Assembly: GCA_963727455.1 (NCBI GenBank)
Contig: CAVSGG010000009.1
Location: forward strand, 1 to 64,000
DNA: 64,000 bases
Origin: Candidatus Krumholzibacteriota bacterium
GTDB lineage: Bacteria; Krumholzibacteriota; Krumholzibacteriia; JAJRXK01
Reading direction: 5' to 3'
The position numbers were made by a program, and so were the translations under genes. Positions 10,328 to 24,100 of this stretch are shown here, one piece after another. How positions within the stretch are numbered: position 1 is the stretch's first letter; the number at the start of each line of letters is the position of its first letter. The notes below the pieces were generated by a model. That model did no database searches, was not told the origin of the DNA, and saw nothing but the letters and a program-made list of their open reading frames with translations.

Positions 10328-12435
10328 ATGGCCTCTGTGAACCCCCCCAAGAGAATCCTGCGGGAATTTCCTCCCGAAGAACCCGAGGCCTGGCAGAAGG
10401 CTGCCATCGAACTCTTGGGCGAGAGAGCTTTTGAGGAACTTCTGCGAAGAAGGACTGCCGAAGGCATCCCGCTACTGCCCCTCTATCGCCGCGAAGATCT
10501 GGAAGGCTTGCCCTTTCAGAGCTCAGCTCCGGGTTTTGGCCCCTTCGTCCGGGGGAATCAGCTCTACCGCGAGCAGGGCTGGTGGATTGCGCAAGAACTC
10601 ACCGAGCACGAATCTCTCGGGGATCTTGACGCCACGACCCTTCAGGCCCTGCGAGAAAGGGAGATCATCAATCTCTCCCTCACTCTCGCCTCGCGCCGCG
10701 GCAACTCCTCCCTTTCAGTGGACGAGCTGGATACCATCCTGGGAGGCGCGGAAACTGCCTCGACTCCCGTCTTCATCGATGCAGGAGCGCTGAGCCTTCA
10801 GCCCTTGGCGGTTCTTGGCGCTTATTTCGCGCGCCACGGGCTGAAACCGGATCAATGGCAGGGCGCCATCGCCTCGGATCCCCTCGGCGCGGCCGCCCGC
10901 GACGGAGAGCTCCCGCATTCCCTGTCGCGGAGTTTCGACGAACTGGCGGCGACGACTCTCTGGTGCGCCAAGAACGCGCCGCAGCTGCAAACACTCTGGT
11001 GCCACGGAGAAGTCTGGCATGATGGCGGGGCGCACGCTGCCCAGGAACTCGGACTCTGCATGGCGGCCGTGGTGGCGAGTCTACGGGAGCTGGAAGCCCG
11101 CGGAGTGGAAGTCTCGACCGCGGCTGCGCATCTCCGTCTCAGTTTTGCACTCGGGCCCAAGTTCTTCTCCGAGATCGCCAAGCTTCGTGCAGCCCGGCTG
11201 CTGCTCTTCAAGGTGCTGCAGAGCTGTGGCGTTGCTCAACAGAACTGTCACGCGCCCTTGCACGCGAGAAGCTCCCGTCGTTCCCTGACGCGCTACGAGC
11301 CGCACATGAACCTCCTTCGCACGACCACCGAGGCCTTCAGCGCCGCGGTAGGCGGTGTGGACAGCCTTCATGTCGATGCATACGACGCGAGTCTGCTGCG
11401 GGAATCGCGCAGCTCTCGACGACTCGCGCGAAATCTGCAGTACATTCTGCAGGACGAAGCGCTCATCGGCACGGTGATGGACCCCGGAGGCGGTTCCTAT
11501 TACCTCGAGCGGATGACAGCCGAGCTCGCTTTCGAGTCCTGGCGCATCCTTCAATCGATCGAAGAGGAAGGAGGGCTGGAGCACGCTCTTCGCAAGGGAA
11601 CGGTGCAAGAGATGATCGCCGCCAGCGCGAAGGAGAGTGCAAGACGGGCGGACTTGGGTCAGCTCGTGCGAATCGGCATCAACAAGTATCCCGTCGAGAG
11701 TTCGGCGCGGGAACACCCCGATGCCAGCGAGCAAGAATCCCCCTCTACGGTCAAAAGAGCGACTGCGTCCACTCAGCGCGATCCGGAGCGGATTCGCGCC
11801 GCCGAGACCGCTCTCGCGAGAGCGGCATCGTGGGAGGGCTCAGCCATGCGGGCAGTTGACGCGGAGAAACTCACTGCAGCGGCGCTTTCTGCAGCGACAG
11901 CACGTTTGAATTTCAGCGAGCTCTCGATCGTTCTGAGCCGCGGCGACAAGGCCGACAATTTTTCGGTCGAGGCCATCCCCCTGCGACGCGAAGCCGCTCC
12001 CTTCGAGGAGTTCCGGGAGAGTGTCGAAAGAGCGCGCGCGGCGGGAATGCCCCTGAGAGTCCATCCGGTGGACCTGGGGCCGGCTGCGACGCGAGCCTCC
12101 CGGCTCGAATTCGCCCTTTCGTTCTTCCGGGTGGGAGGTTTCGAGTTGAGTTCCGCGCCCGCGGGCGCGGACGCCGACGAGAGCTTGCAAACCGCGGAGA
12201 AGAGCGGCGGAGGCATCCTCTTACTCTGCGGTATCGACCAGAAGAATCTCGAGCACGCGATGAGTTTGGCTCGAAAGTGGAAGCTGCGCGAGGAGCTCGC
12301 CGCGGTGGTGGCGGAGCTCACGGACTCGCAGCTGAAAAAGCAACTCGATGGAGCAGGGATCGACCTCGTTCTCGACCCCGAGAGTCCAATTCTGGCCTCT
12401 CTTCAGCCCCTCGCCGCTCGTCTGGGGGTCAGATC

Positions 12436-12439
<4 letters not shown>
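10328..12439 (+). CDS. mutA: Methylmalonyl-CoA mutase small (non-catalytic) subunit
   Basis: MCM-like motifs [18 protein letters not shown] and [10 protein letters not shown]; lacks the DxHxxG B12 motif; overlaps the large-subunit gene. Confidence 0.8.
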
Positions 12440-14594
<2,155 letters not shown>

Positions 14595-14598
<4 letters not shown>

Positions 14599-15605
14599 GC
14601 TCTCCGCGCGAGATTCTCGCCGCCCAGGACTACGTCGAGGGAGTGCTCTCCGGAGATCGTAGTCTACTGGGTCGCGCGATCACCCTCATCGAGTCCAACG
14701 CTCCCCAGCACCAGGAGCGAGCACAGGAAGTGCTGGCCGCGCTTCTGCCGGCGGCGGGCAAGTCCGTGCGTCTGGGAATCAGCGGCGTTCCGGGCTCCGG
14801 CAAGAGCACGCTCGTGGAGACCCTGGGCCACAAGCTCACCAACGACGGGCATCGGCTGGCGGTCATGGCGGTCGACCCCTCCAGCAGCCGCAGCAAGGGC
14901 AGCATACTGGGCGACAAGACCCGCATGGAGAACCTGGCTCGTGACGAAAGAGCCTTCATCCGGCCCAGCCCCAGCGGCGGTACGCTGGGCGGAGTCGCCC
15001 GCAAGACGCGTGAGACCATGGTCCTCTTCGAGGCGGCTGGCTATGACGTCTTGATCGTGGAGACGGTGGGGGTGGGTCAGAGCGAGATCAGTGTGCGCGG
15101 GATGGTGGATTTCTTCCTCTTGGTTCTCATCGCGGGCGCGGGAGACGAACTCCAGGGAATCAAGCGCGGCATCATCGAGATTGCGGACGCGATACTCATC
15201 AACAAGGCCGACGGCGAGAACCGCCGGGCCGCCGAGGAAGCTCGCGCAAGCTACGAGCGGGCGATCCAGTTCCTGTCTCCCTCCACCGCGGGCTGGCTCA
15301 CTCCGGTGAAGAGTTGTTCAGCGCTCCACGGCGAGGGGATCGAAGAAATCTGGCAAATGGTGGAAGCGTTCACCGCGCAGGCCCGCGAGAGCGGCGTGTT
15401 CGATGAGAGGCGCAAGCGGCAATCGCTCGAATGGCTGCACGGGATGGTCGAAGAACGTCTGCGCAACGCCTTCTACCACGACGAGAAAGTTCGAAGTATG
15501 CTGGACGAGCTCGAGCAAGAAGTCTTGAACGATCGCATGCCGGTGACGCGAGCCGCCTGGAAGCTACTCGAAGCCTGGCACATGAACTCCAAGGAACTCG
15601 GCTGA
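14595..15605 (+). CDS. meaB: Methylmalonyl-CoA mutase GTPase chaperone MeaB/ArgK
   Basis: [34 protein letters not shown] and INKAD. Confidence 0.95.
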
Positions 15606-15665
15606 AGCAACCAGAAAGTCTGGACGCGGCACGAAGCCCTTCCGGCTCAAAACGAAGAGAGAAGC

Positions 15666-16013
15666 ATGTTGGCCATCCAAATTCTGATTCTCCTGTTCTG
15701 TCTCTTCGCGCTGATCACCATCTGGCGGCGACAGAGTCAAGGCAAGTTGACTCGCCTGCCCGCCGCGCTCTGGACTCTCTTCTGGATCGCGGTGGGAGTG
15801 GTGGTGCTCCGGCCGGAGTTCACCACTCTGCTGGCGCATCTTCTGGGAGTAGGCCGCGGCGTCGACCTCGTCACCTATCTGGCTCTGCTCGCAGTGTTCT
15901 ACCTGCTCCTGCGTCTCTTCACCCGCCTGGAAGAATTGGAGAGGGACATCACGAGACTGGTGCGCGAAATCGCGCTGGAGCGGGCCCGGCTGAAGGACGA
16001 GTCGAAACCCTAG
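15666..16013 (+). CDS. DUF2304-like small membrane protein
   Basis: Three hydrophobic segments, LGVGRGVDLV and a C-terminal ITRLVREIAL. Confidence 0.75.
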   Translation: MLAIQILILLFCLFALITIWRRQSQGKLTRLPAALWTLFWIAVGVVVLRPEFTTLLAHLLGVGRGVDLVTYLALLAVFYLLLRLFTRLEELERDITRLVREIALERARLKDESKP

Positions 16014-17800
16014 ATCCTCTTGCAGGCCCGGTTGAGCCAGCGTCGATCCTTCTCGCCCAATTTCTTGCTCAGCTTCTTCTTCACCCACGCATGGTAATCG
16101 TTGATCCACCTGCGCTCGGTCGCCGAGAGCAGCTTGGGCTCGATCAAGTTCGTATCCAGTGGGCAGCAGGTGAGATCCTCGAAACGATACCAGGTCTCCT
16201 CGGCGCGAGAGAGTTCTTCGTCTTTGCGCACCAGCACGAGGTTTTCGATGCGAATACCGAAGGCACCGGGTTCGTAGTAGCCTGGCTCGTTGGAAAGAAC
16301 GTTGCCTTCTTCCAATGCAACGCCGGTGCAGCGCGTGGGACTGATGGCCTGCGGACCCTCGTGTACGTTCAAGTACGCCCCCACTCCGTGCCCCGTGCCG
16401 TGGTTGTAGTCCAGCCCGTCCTCCCACAAGAACATCCGGGCGAGAGTATCCAGGCGCATCCCCCGGACGCCGCGCGGGAAACGAGCTCGCGCGAGGGCGA
16501 TGTGGCCCTGAAGAACCCGGGTGTAACGCCGGCGCTGCTCGCGGGTGGCCCTGCCGCCCAGAAGCCAGGTGCGCGTGATATCGGTGGTTCCATCCAGGTA
16601 CTGTCCGCCGGAATCGATGAGATAGATTCCCTTGGGCTTCAGGGGGACGTTGCTCTTCTCATCCGCCGAGTAGTGAATGACGGCCCCATGGGCCGAGTAC
16701 GCGCTGATCGATTCGAAAGAGAGGCCGCGGAAATGCCTCCCGCGCGCGCGAAAGCCCTCGAGCTTGGCCGCCGCGCTCAGTTCAGTGATTTCACCGCTCT
16801 TCAGGTTCTCGAAGAGCCAACTCAAGAACCGCACCATGGCGACCCCGTCACGCAGGTGCGCGGCCCGCATGCCCTTGATCTCCACCTCGTTCTTGGCGGA
16901 CTTCATCCGCAGCACCGGCGAAGGCTCGCTGAGAAGACGCGCCCCGCCCAGCAGATCGACCACCCATGAATTCGCGGTGGCGCCATCGACCCACACCTGG
17001 ACCTTCCTTCGCGAGAGGGACCTCAAGGCGTTTGCGATGGTCTCGTAGCCCCGCACTCGCACGTTTCGGCCGAGGTGCCTCCGCACCGCGGGAGTGACTT
17101 TCTTGAGGTCCACGAAGAGCGTGGCATCCTTCATCGTCACCAGAGCGTAGGAAATCACGACCGGGTTGTACTCGACGTCTCTTCCACGAATGTTGAAGGC
17201 CCATGCGATCGCGTCCAATGTGGTCAAAAGATGCGCCTGCACGCCTCGTTCCTTCATTGCCTTGCGAATGCGTCGCAGCTTGCTCGCCGAAGATTCGCCA
17301 GTGAAGGTCTTGGACAAAGGAACGATGGGATCGGCCGGCATACTGGGCCGATCGCTCCAAACTGCATCGACGAGGTTTTCTGACACCGGTTTGAGCTTCG
17401 CGCCAACCTTCTCGAGCCGTTGCTTCAGAGCTTCCGAACGTGTGAGACTGAGCGTGCGCGGATCGGCTCCCAGTTTGTCGCCCTCTCTCAACTCGCGTGA
17501 CAAAAACTCGGCGATGGAGGGCACGCCGGGATTCCCGGCGCGATAGAGTTTGATCCCGCTTCCCTTCAGCTGCTCCGCAGCCTGCAGGAAGTAACGCCCG
17601 TCGGTCCACAGCCCCGCCTTGTTCCGCAGAACCAGCAAATCGCCGGCGCTTCCGGTAAAACCGCTCATGTAGGCGCGCCTTCGAAAGCACTCGGGCAGGT
17701 ATTCGCTGTCGTGAGCGTCCGTGCTTGGCACGAGATAGGCGCTCAGACCGTTCTTTTGCATGAGCTGACGCAGCTTGGAGAGTCTTTCACGAGTCTTCAT
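16010..17800 (-). CDS. Aminopeptidase P (M24B Xaa-Pro aminopeptidase)
   Basis: DAHDSEY, SGFTGSAG, DSGGQYLDGTTDITRT, HGTGHGVG and SNEPGYY...GIRIEN. Confidence 0.93.
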   Translation of the reverse strand: MKTRERLSKLRQLMQKNGLSAYLVPSTDAHDSEYLPECFRRRAYMSGFTGSAGDLLVLRNKAGLWTDGRYFLQAAEQLKGSGIKLYRAGNPGVPSIAEFLSRELREGDKLGADPRTLSLTRSEALKQRLEKVGAKLKPVSENLVDAVWSDRPSMPADPIVPLSKTFTGESSASKLRRIRKAMKERGVQAHLLTTLDAIAWAFNIRGRDVEYNPVVISYALVTMKDATLFVDLKKVTPAVRRHLGRNVRVRGYETIANALRSLSRRKVQVWVDGATANSWVVDLLGGARLLSEPSPVLRMKSAKNEVEIKGMRAAHLRDGVAMVRFLSWLFENLKSGEITELSAAAKLEGFRARGRHFRGLSFESISAYSAHGAVIHYSADEKSNVPLKPKGIYLIDSGGQYLDGTTDITRTWLLGGRATREQRRRYTRVLQGHIALARARFPRGVRGMRLDTLARMFLWEDGLDYNHGTGHGVGAYLNVHEGPQAISPTRCTGVALEEGNVLSNEPGYYEPGAFGIRIENLVLVRKDEELSRAEETWYRFEDLTCCPLDTNLIEPKLLSATERRWINDYHAWVKKKLSKKLGEKDRRWLNRACKRI

Positions 17801-17809
17801 CTCACTCCT

Positions 17810-19270
17810 TCAGGCAGACACTTCGCCCTCGGCGACGAGTTTCTTCAGGATCGACCGAATGCTCAGCGCAGCATAGTCTCGCATTTCAGCGGGAATGTCA
17901 TCGTACACCTCCGCCACCAATTTCGAAAGATCGCGCGTCCCTCGCCGCACACAGTCCAATATCGCTCGCTCGCGTTCCTCGCGGTGGGCATACTGCGCCG
18001 CGAGCAGCTCGACTCCCCGGTTGCTCGCGGGTCCGTGCGCGGGAAACACAGTGCGAACCGGAAGCTGCATCAAACGATGCAGCGAAGCCATGTATTGAAT
18101 CATGTCGCCGTCGTCCGGGTGCACCAGGATGCTCGAGAGGGTCGAAACCATGTCGCCGGCAATGAGGCTGCCGTACTCCCTCTCGAAAAAGCACAGATGA
18201 CCCGCGGCATGACCGGGGGTGAAGTGACATTCGAGCTCCCAACCCTGCTTCGCGGCCGGAGTCGTTCCCAGAGGCAAGCGCTCCCCGTGCTCGAGAGTGC
18301 GATCGATCGCGATGCTCCCCTTTAGCAGTTTTGCGGTCGTGGGGTGTGCCCACACCTCCAGTTGGCGTGCCTTGCGCAAGTGCTCCACCGCGCCCACGTG
18401 ATCTGGATGGTGGTGCGTGAGGAGAATCGCGCGCAATTGCGCTCCATCCTCGATCGCGTCGTCGAGAGCCTCGTCCAGCAGGGCCTGCACCTCGGGATGG
18501 GGCGAGGCCGGATCGATGAGATAGGCCGGGTTGCGCCCCACGAGATAGGCATTGGTGTGCGTGGCAGGGGGAATGGTCGGCGTACGCAAAGGAAGCAGCT
18601 GCACGGCCGGATTGAAGAAGATGGGGTGGATCTTGCCGCGAGCGAATCCCGCGCTCAGAGCATCCAGTTCGCCCTGCACCCCTTGCCAACCGTGTGAGTG
18701 GAGTAGGCGCAGCATCAGCACGATTGGCGGAGCGAGCAGCACCTCTCCCTTCCGCCACAGCTCGAGCCACCTCCCCGCTTCCTCCCACCTTCCCTCGATC
18801 AACTCCCCCGGCCAAATCTCGGCTTCTTGATCCTCCACCTCCACGCGGAAAAACAGGGTATCGAAACGGACGGGATAGAAAGGAGGGGTGAGAAGCCGCG
18901 CGACCTGACTGAAGCGCTTGCCCGGAATGCGCGCTTCAGCTTGGCGCAGGGCGCGATAGTATCGCGACGACTCCTTCAGACTCTCTCGCCGCAACGCTTC
19001 CCGATCCGCAGAGGGGGGTACGCTCGCGTCCACCCCCACTTCCTCCAACATCTCTCTGGCTGCACAACCCAAGAAGGGCGCCAACTCCGGATTGTCGCCC
19101 TCTACCAAATCGCCGTCCCCATGGTCACTCTTGCTCACACTGCCGCCGGGAAAGGCCCAATAGCCGCCCAAAAAACGCAGCTTCGGATTGCGCAACACGA
19201 GATAGACCCTTGCATCGTCATCGCGGTGCAGAAGAATACTGGCGGCCTGCCGAATGCGTTCAGAAACCAT
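17810..19270 (-). CDS. NUDIX hydrolase fused to a LACTB2-like metallo-beta-lactamase fold and winged-helix tail
   Basis: FPGG...AAREMLEEVGV with RFDTLFF, then THHHPDH, TPGHAAGH, AGD and PAHG. Confidence 0.85.
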   Translation of the reverse strand: MVSERIRQAASILLHRDDDARVYLVLRNPKLRFLGGYWAFPGGSVSKSDHGDGDLVEGDNPELAPFLGCAAREMLEEVGVDASVPPSADREALRRESLKESSRYYRALRQAEARIPGKRFSQVARLLTPPFYPVRFDTLFFRVEVEDQEAEIWPGELIEGRWEEAGRWLELWRKGEVLLAPPIVLMLRLLHSHGWQGVQGELDALSAGFARGKIHPIFFNPAVQLLPLRTPTIPPATHTNAYLVGRNPAYLIDPASPHPEVQALLDEALDDAIEDGAQLRAILLTHHHPDHVGAVEHLRKARQLEVWAHPTTAKLLKGSIAIDRTLEHGERLPLGTTPAAKQGWELECHFTPGHAAGHLCFFEREYGSLIAGDMVSTLSSILVHPDDGDMIQYMASLHRLMQLPVRTVFPAHGPASNRGVELLAAQYAHREERERAILDCVRRGTRDLSKLVAEVYDDIPAEMRDYAALSIRSILKKLVAEGEVSA

Positions 19271-19312
19271 GGATATCCAAGACCGAGGGAACGAAAGCGG
19301 GAATCACGAAGA

Positions 19313-20533
19313 TCAGCGGAGCAGGGTGAGTGAAAAATGATCCACGCTGCGAGCATCCTTCAGGCGAAGCTGGTAGACCCCGCTTGACACCGCGCGTCCG
19401 GAATCGTCTCTGCCATCCCAGTGCAAAGAAACCTCGCTTTGTGAGATTCCCGGATTCCGGAAGGTCCTCACCAGGCGTCCCCGCTGATCGTAAATACTCA
19501 AGTTGAATGCCACACCGTAACGCGGTGCGAGATGAATCGCCCCTCCCGCCTGAAAGGGCTGCGGCTGCACTCCCAGAATGCTCGCGCCGTATTTTCTGCT
19601 GGCCGGCGCCGCTGTCGGTGTCTCGAGCATGGCATAAATGGGGAAGCCCTCCATGCCGCTCCCGTCGAGCTGCATGAGTTCGGCCAAAGTGGCCCCCAGG
19701 TCGGACTGGTCGCTGGGTGTGTCGATCTGCACTCCACTGCGGATGCCCACCCCAGCGGCGGCCAGAATGATGTGCTGGCATCCCTCGCAGCTGTCTCCGT
19801 GGTTCTGAAATCCGTCGTGGGGCTCGCCGGGGCGGTTGTCGTGACGCCCGTGATCGGCGGTCACGAAGAGCGCGCTTCTGCCTGCGTATTCCGCGTCGCT
19901 TTGAAGGAAGTCCCAAAGCACGCCTACCAGCGAGTCGGCACGGGTGATCGCGGCGAGATACCCCTCCCAATCCGCGCTATGGGCGATCAAGTCGACTTCC
20001 GGCAGATTGACTGCCATGAAGCGGGGGTGGTCCGAAGCGAGTACGCCAAGAACCGTCTCCATGGTGGGAATGTCCGCCCCCATCCCCACGCTGTCTCTCG
20101 CCGCGTACGCGATTCCCCCCGCGGGATCGTCGCTGTAGGCGAGAACCTCCAGCTTCGATTTCCCCGCCACCACCCACACGCTGTTCGCGGGCTGTCCACT
20201 TCCCTTCCGGTAGCGCTCGAAGAGGGTGAGATCGTGCGGTCGCTCGCTGCCGTCGTTCGCGAGATACTGACGGCGTCCGGTGAGCGTGGTCGAATGTCCG
20301 GAGACGGTGAGGGTGTATCCGTCGTTGCGATAATCGGTGAGAATGCAGCCGGCAGGACGCAGATCGTTCCAGATGCGTGGAATGCGATCGGGCTGGGCAA
20401 AACTCTCCGAGTAGCGGGGGCCATCGATGAACACCAGCACGACGTGGGCCGGGGTGATTTGGGCGATTGCCGAGGCAGCGCTGGCCAGCCAGCACAGAGC
20501 CAATGTCACGATCGCCAGCAATCGACAGCGCAT
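19313..20533 (-). CDS. Secreted alkaline-phosphatase-superfamily metalloenzyme with C-terminal FlgD-Ig-like domain
   Basis: Signal peptide; IDGPR, TVSGH, EVDLIAH and TADHG metal motifs; C-terminal WDGRDDSG..VSSGVY. Confidence 0.75.
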   Translation of the reverse strand: MRCRLLAIVTLALCWLASAASAIAQITPAHVVLVFIDGPRYSESFAQPDRIPRIWNDLRPAGCILTDYRNDGYTLTVSGHSTTLTGRRQYLANDGSERPHDLTLFERYRKGSGQPANSVWVVAGKSKLEVLAYSDDPAGGIAYAARDSVGMGADIPTMETVLGVLASDHPRFMAVNLPEVDLIAHSADWEGYLAAITRADSLVGVLWDFLQSDAEYAGRSALFVTADHGRHDNRPGEPHDGFQNHGDSCEGCQHIILAAAGVGIRSGVQIDTPSDQSDLGATLAELMQLDGSGMEGFPIYAMLETPTAAPASRKYGASILGVQPQPFQAGGAIHLAPRYGVAFNLSIYDQRGRLVRTFRNPGISQSEVSLHWDGRDDSGRAVSSGVYQLRLKDARSVDHFSLTLLR

Positions 20534-20677
20534 TCTTCAACCTCCTCGAAGAACCCGAACAGCTTAAAGGAAGCTTGTCCCCTCTGCCTAGGTGGGTTTT
20601 ACTCAACCGGTCTTCGAAAGCGTCGCCAAGCGGCTCCTCGAAGCGCAAAGCCCGCTCCTCATCCCGCGAGGCAAGCA

Positions 20678-21124
20678 ATGTTTCTAACGCGTAGAATCGG
20701 CCTGCCGTTCTACTTTCTCCTTCTGCTGCTATTGGCCCTGAGCCTGAATCTCGTCCGGGGATTCGATCTCGCGCGGCGCCACCATCGTCAGCTCGTGCCC
20801 CAGCGCGTCGACACCGTGCTGGACCTGAGATCGAGCGCTGCTTCGGAACTCACGGTCGATTCGCGTCAGCGCTATCTCCTGGTCCGTCTACCCGAAGACC
20901 AAAAGGGTCCGATGGCTCTGCGGGAGATCCTCCCGGAGCGAACGCTCTTGCGCTGGCAGGAGAAGGCCTCCGGTGATGGAGACTGGCTCGTGGTCCCCTT
21001 GACGGGACTTCAAAAGGGTGAATTCGGGCTGTGCCGGTCCTCCCCGGAAGGAACCGAGTCCGTGCAGCTCGAGGAGCGGCTCGACAACGAGTCGAACTGG
21101 TTGGGACGCTTCAGAATCGAGTGA
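20678..21124 (+). CDS. Hypothetical membrane-anchored protein
   Basis: ATG at 20678 inside ORF 19532..21124; N-terminal hydrophobic helix; fills the gap between neighbours. Confidence 0.55.
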   Translation: MFLTRRIGLPFYFLLLLLLALSLNLVRGFDLARRHHRQLVPQRVDTVLDLRSSAASELTVDSRQRYLLVRLPEDQKGPMALREILPERTLLRWQEKASGDGDWLVVPLTGLQKGEFGLCRSSPEGTESVQLEERLDNESNWLGRFRIE

Positions 21125-21178
21125 TTCCTCGCTGCGGATCCGTTTTTCCGCGGCAATCCGTTGCCGCGCGAGGCCGGA

Positions 21179-24100
21179 CTATTTCAGCAGAACCAGAGCT
21201 CGAGTGGAAACTGAGCCCTCCGCCTTCAATCGCAGGTGATAGACCCCGCTGGCGAGCTGCTGCCCGCGTGAATCGCTGCCGTCCCAGTCGACTGCGTGCT
21301 CCCCGGCGGAGAGCCGCCCGCTGAGGAGCGTGCGGACCATGCGGCCCCTGGCGTCGAAGACGCGCAGCTCGACCGCTCCCGCGCGAGCGAGTTCGAAACG
21401 AATCTTGGTGCTGGGATTGAAGGGATTGGGTTCGTTTCCCAAGAGCCGAGTGAGTCGTTGCAAGGGCGGCGCGGCAACTGCGGTCTCAGAGCAAGCTTCT
21501 CCGAAGGCCCCCATCAATCCGCAGGCGGGGGCATCCAGGAGCAGAGACTCTGAAGAGAGGTGGTAGTCGCCCGCGTCGGGATCACAGAAGTACGGCGGCT
21601 GGGCCAGATTGCCGTCCACCCCGCGCGGATCGTCCAGGCCCAGGAAGGAATCCATGCTGCTGAAGAGAGCATAGAAGTCGTTGCAGCTGACTTCGGGAAG
21701 AGGCGCCCCTCCCTCCAGCTCGATCACCGATTCGGAGATCCGGCTGAAGATGCTCGATTCGATCGTGGCGGAGTCCGCGGGAGCTTGAATGAAAACGGCG
21801 CGCGGCAAATCGGCGACGGTGCAGCTGCGAAGGGTCAGTCCCCCCTGCGCCAATCGCACCGCCCGTGCCGCCTTGGTGACAAGCACTCCCTCCAGCGCCG
21901 CGCGTCCTCCCTGCACGAGAACTGCGGTACCCTGCGACTGGAACGAGCTGTCCACGGCGCGCAGGTAGCCCGCGTCGATCCGCAGTCCACGGCTTCCGCC
22001 GTTGAGGCCCACGCCGCGCACCACCGAGCTGTCGGACTGCGTCCAGCCCGTCAGGGGGCCGGCGTAGATTCCGGTCCCCAGGGGCGCCACCTGAAGCAGG
22101 CTCAGCTCCCTTCCCGCGCCCACCAGCGAACGCCCGGGAGGCAGAGCCGCGTTCACCGGACGCAGGGACCCATCGAGCAAGAGATCTATGCTGTCAGTAT
22201 AGGTGCCAGCGACCAGGCGGATGGTATCTCCCACCGCGCTCACCGCGGCGGCGGCGGCGATCGTCTGAAGGGGGCGCTCCTCGTGGCCGCAGCCGAACTC
22301 GTCGCTACCCTCGTTACTCACCCAGATCTCGTTGCCTCTCGGCGTGCCAAAGAAGACATCATCCAGGATCCAGCCCAGACTCTCCCCGGAAGCGTCACTG
22401 ATGCGGCGGAAGCGAACGCGGGCGCGCTCTCCCGCGAAGGCCGAGAGATCCAGGCTCTCCTGAATCCAATCGGAGGGTTGCAGCACGAAGTCCGACCAAT
22501 CGGCGCCATCCTGGCCGGTGTGGTCACTCCCCAGATAGCGGGCGATCTCCTGCCAGTGTCCGCCGTCGTCCGTACTCAACTCCACCGCTGCGTAATCACC
22601 GTCCAGCGCGAGCTGGGCGGCATGGATGAAATTCAGAACGCTCTCGCTGGTCAGATCCACCGGGTCTGCGAGTTCGGCCACCGCGGTGTCGTTGGGTGCG
22701 TAGGCGGTCAGAGGATCGGAATGATCCAGAAGAGCCTTCGTTCCACTGAAATTCTGGTCGATGATGCTGAAACCACTCAGGTCGAAGAGCGTGGAATCGC
22801 CGGGCTCGAATCCGGTCCCTACGGAACAGGGAGTGCTCCCCACGTAGACGCTTGCGCCTCGCGCCGGCCCCGGCACCCCCGCGTACCAGGGAACCACCTT
22901 GAAAAGATGGTGGCCCGAAGGGACCTGAGTCTGGAAAGTTTGGGTGGTGTCGGGCACCGTGCTCAGGGGCGCGGCATCCAGCGCGATCTGCAGCGAGTCG
23001 TAGACCCCGTCGTTGGTCCAGCTGAGCTGCACGGGGTCGAGAGAGACATCTTGGAAGAGCGCTTCAGCGTGCAGATTTTGCACGGCATGAACGACCACGG
23101 CGCCCCAGGGAATCCATGCGCCCCAGCTCACCGCCGTGGCAATGCGCACCGATGAGAGTTCCTTCAAGCGGAAGACCCGCTCTCCCGCCGTCGCCGCGGT
23201 ATACTGCAACAGAGTGGAACCGCTAGCGCCGGTGAGAGTATCCGCCTGCTGCACGACCAGCCCCTGCGAGTCCAGCAAACTCACCCGGCTCAGGGGCGCC
23301 TCCCGCTCGGCCGCGGCCAGCAGGTAGCAAAGATCGTCCGCGGCGAGGTCCAGACGCAGATGATCCAGATCCCCGCGAGGCCTCAGGCTGTGCAGCTTCA
23401 AGAACGAGGCATTCGGCGCGCGCGGAGTCGCTTCTCTCTGCACGAAATCCGCCGCGGTATCCGTGTCGGTGGCAAGGCTGTCGCGACCCAGAGTGCTCCC
23501 GAAGTCGGGTGATTTTAGGGTACCGCTGAAGGAGAGGCCACTGGGCACCGGCTCTCCGCTGCTTTGGCTGCCGTCCCAGCGCACGAAGTCGACGGGGTTG
23601 GCCGTGGCATTCACCAGGGTGCACGCGCCGTCCGCTCCTTCCTTCCAGGGAATGCTCCAGCCGGGAAAGAAGAGATCGACCGCGGTGTCGTTCGCGCTCG
23701 AGCCACCTTCGTGCAGCACCACGCTTCGTCCGGGACCCAACTGAAAACCGCTGGGTAGCGTGGCCACTCTCTCGCTGCCGGCGCTGAAACCATTGCGATG
23801 CGCGATCACGCTATAGCCCTGCAGCGAAACGGGAGTCTGTCCCGCGTTGGTGAGTTCGACCCAGTCCGAATCGCCCAAGAACAACTCGCCGATGACCACG
23901 CTGGCTCCCGCCAGCGGTTCGGGCTGCACCCACGCCGCATCCAACGGCAGCTGCTGATAGTCGTCATCCGGCTCGAGAGCGTCGTCGAAAAGCGCAGTTC
24001 TTCCCTGCGTCACCGCGATCTGAAAGAGAGCGGAATCCTCCGCGTAATCGGCGCGCCAGGCCTCGTGGAAATCCTCGTAGCTGATAGCTTCCGAGCCGGG

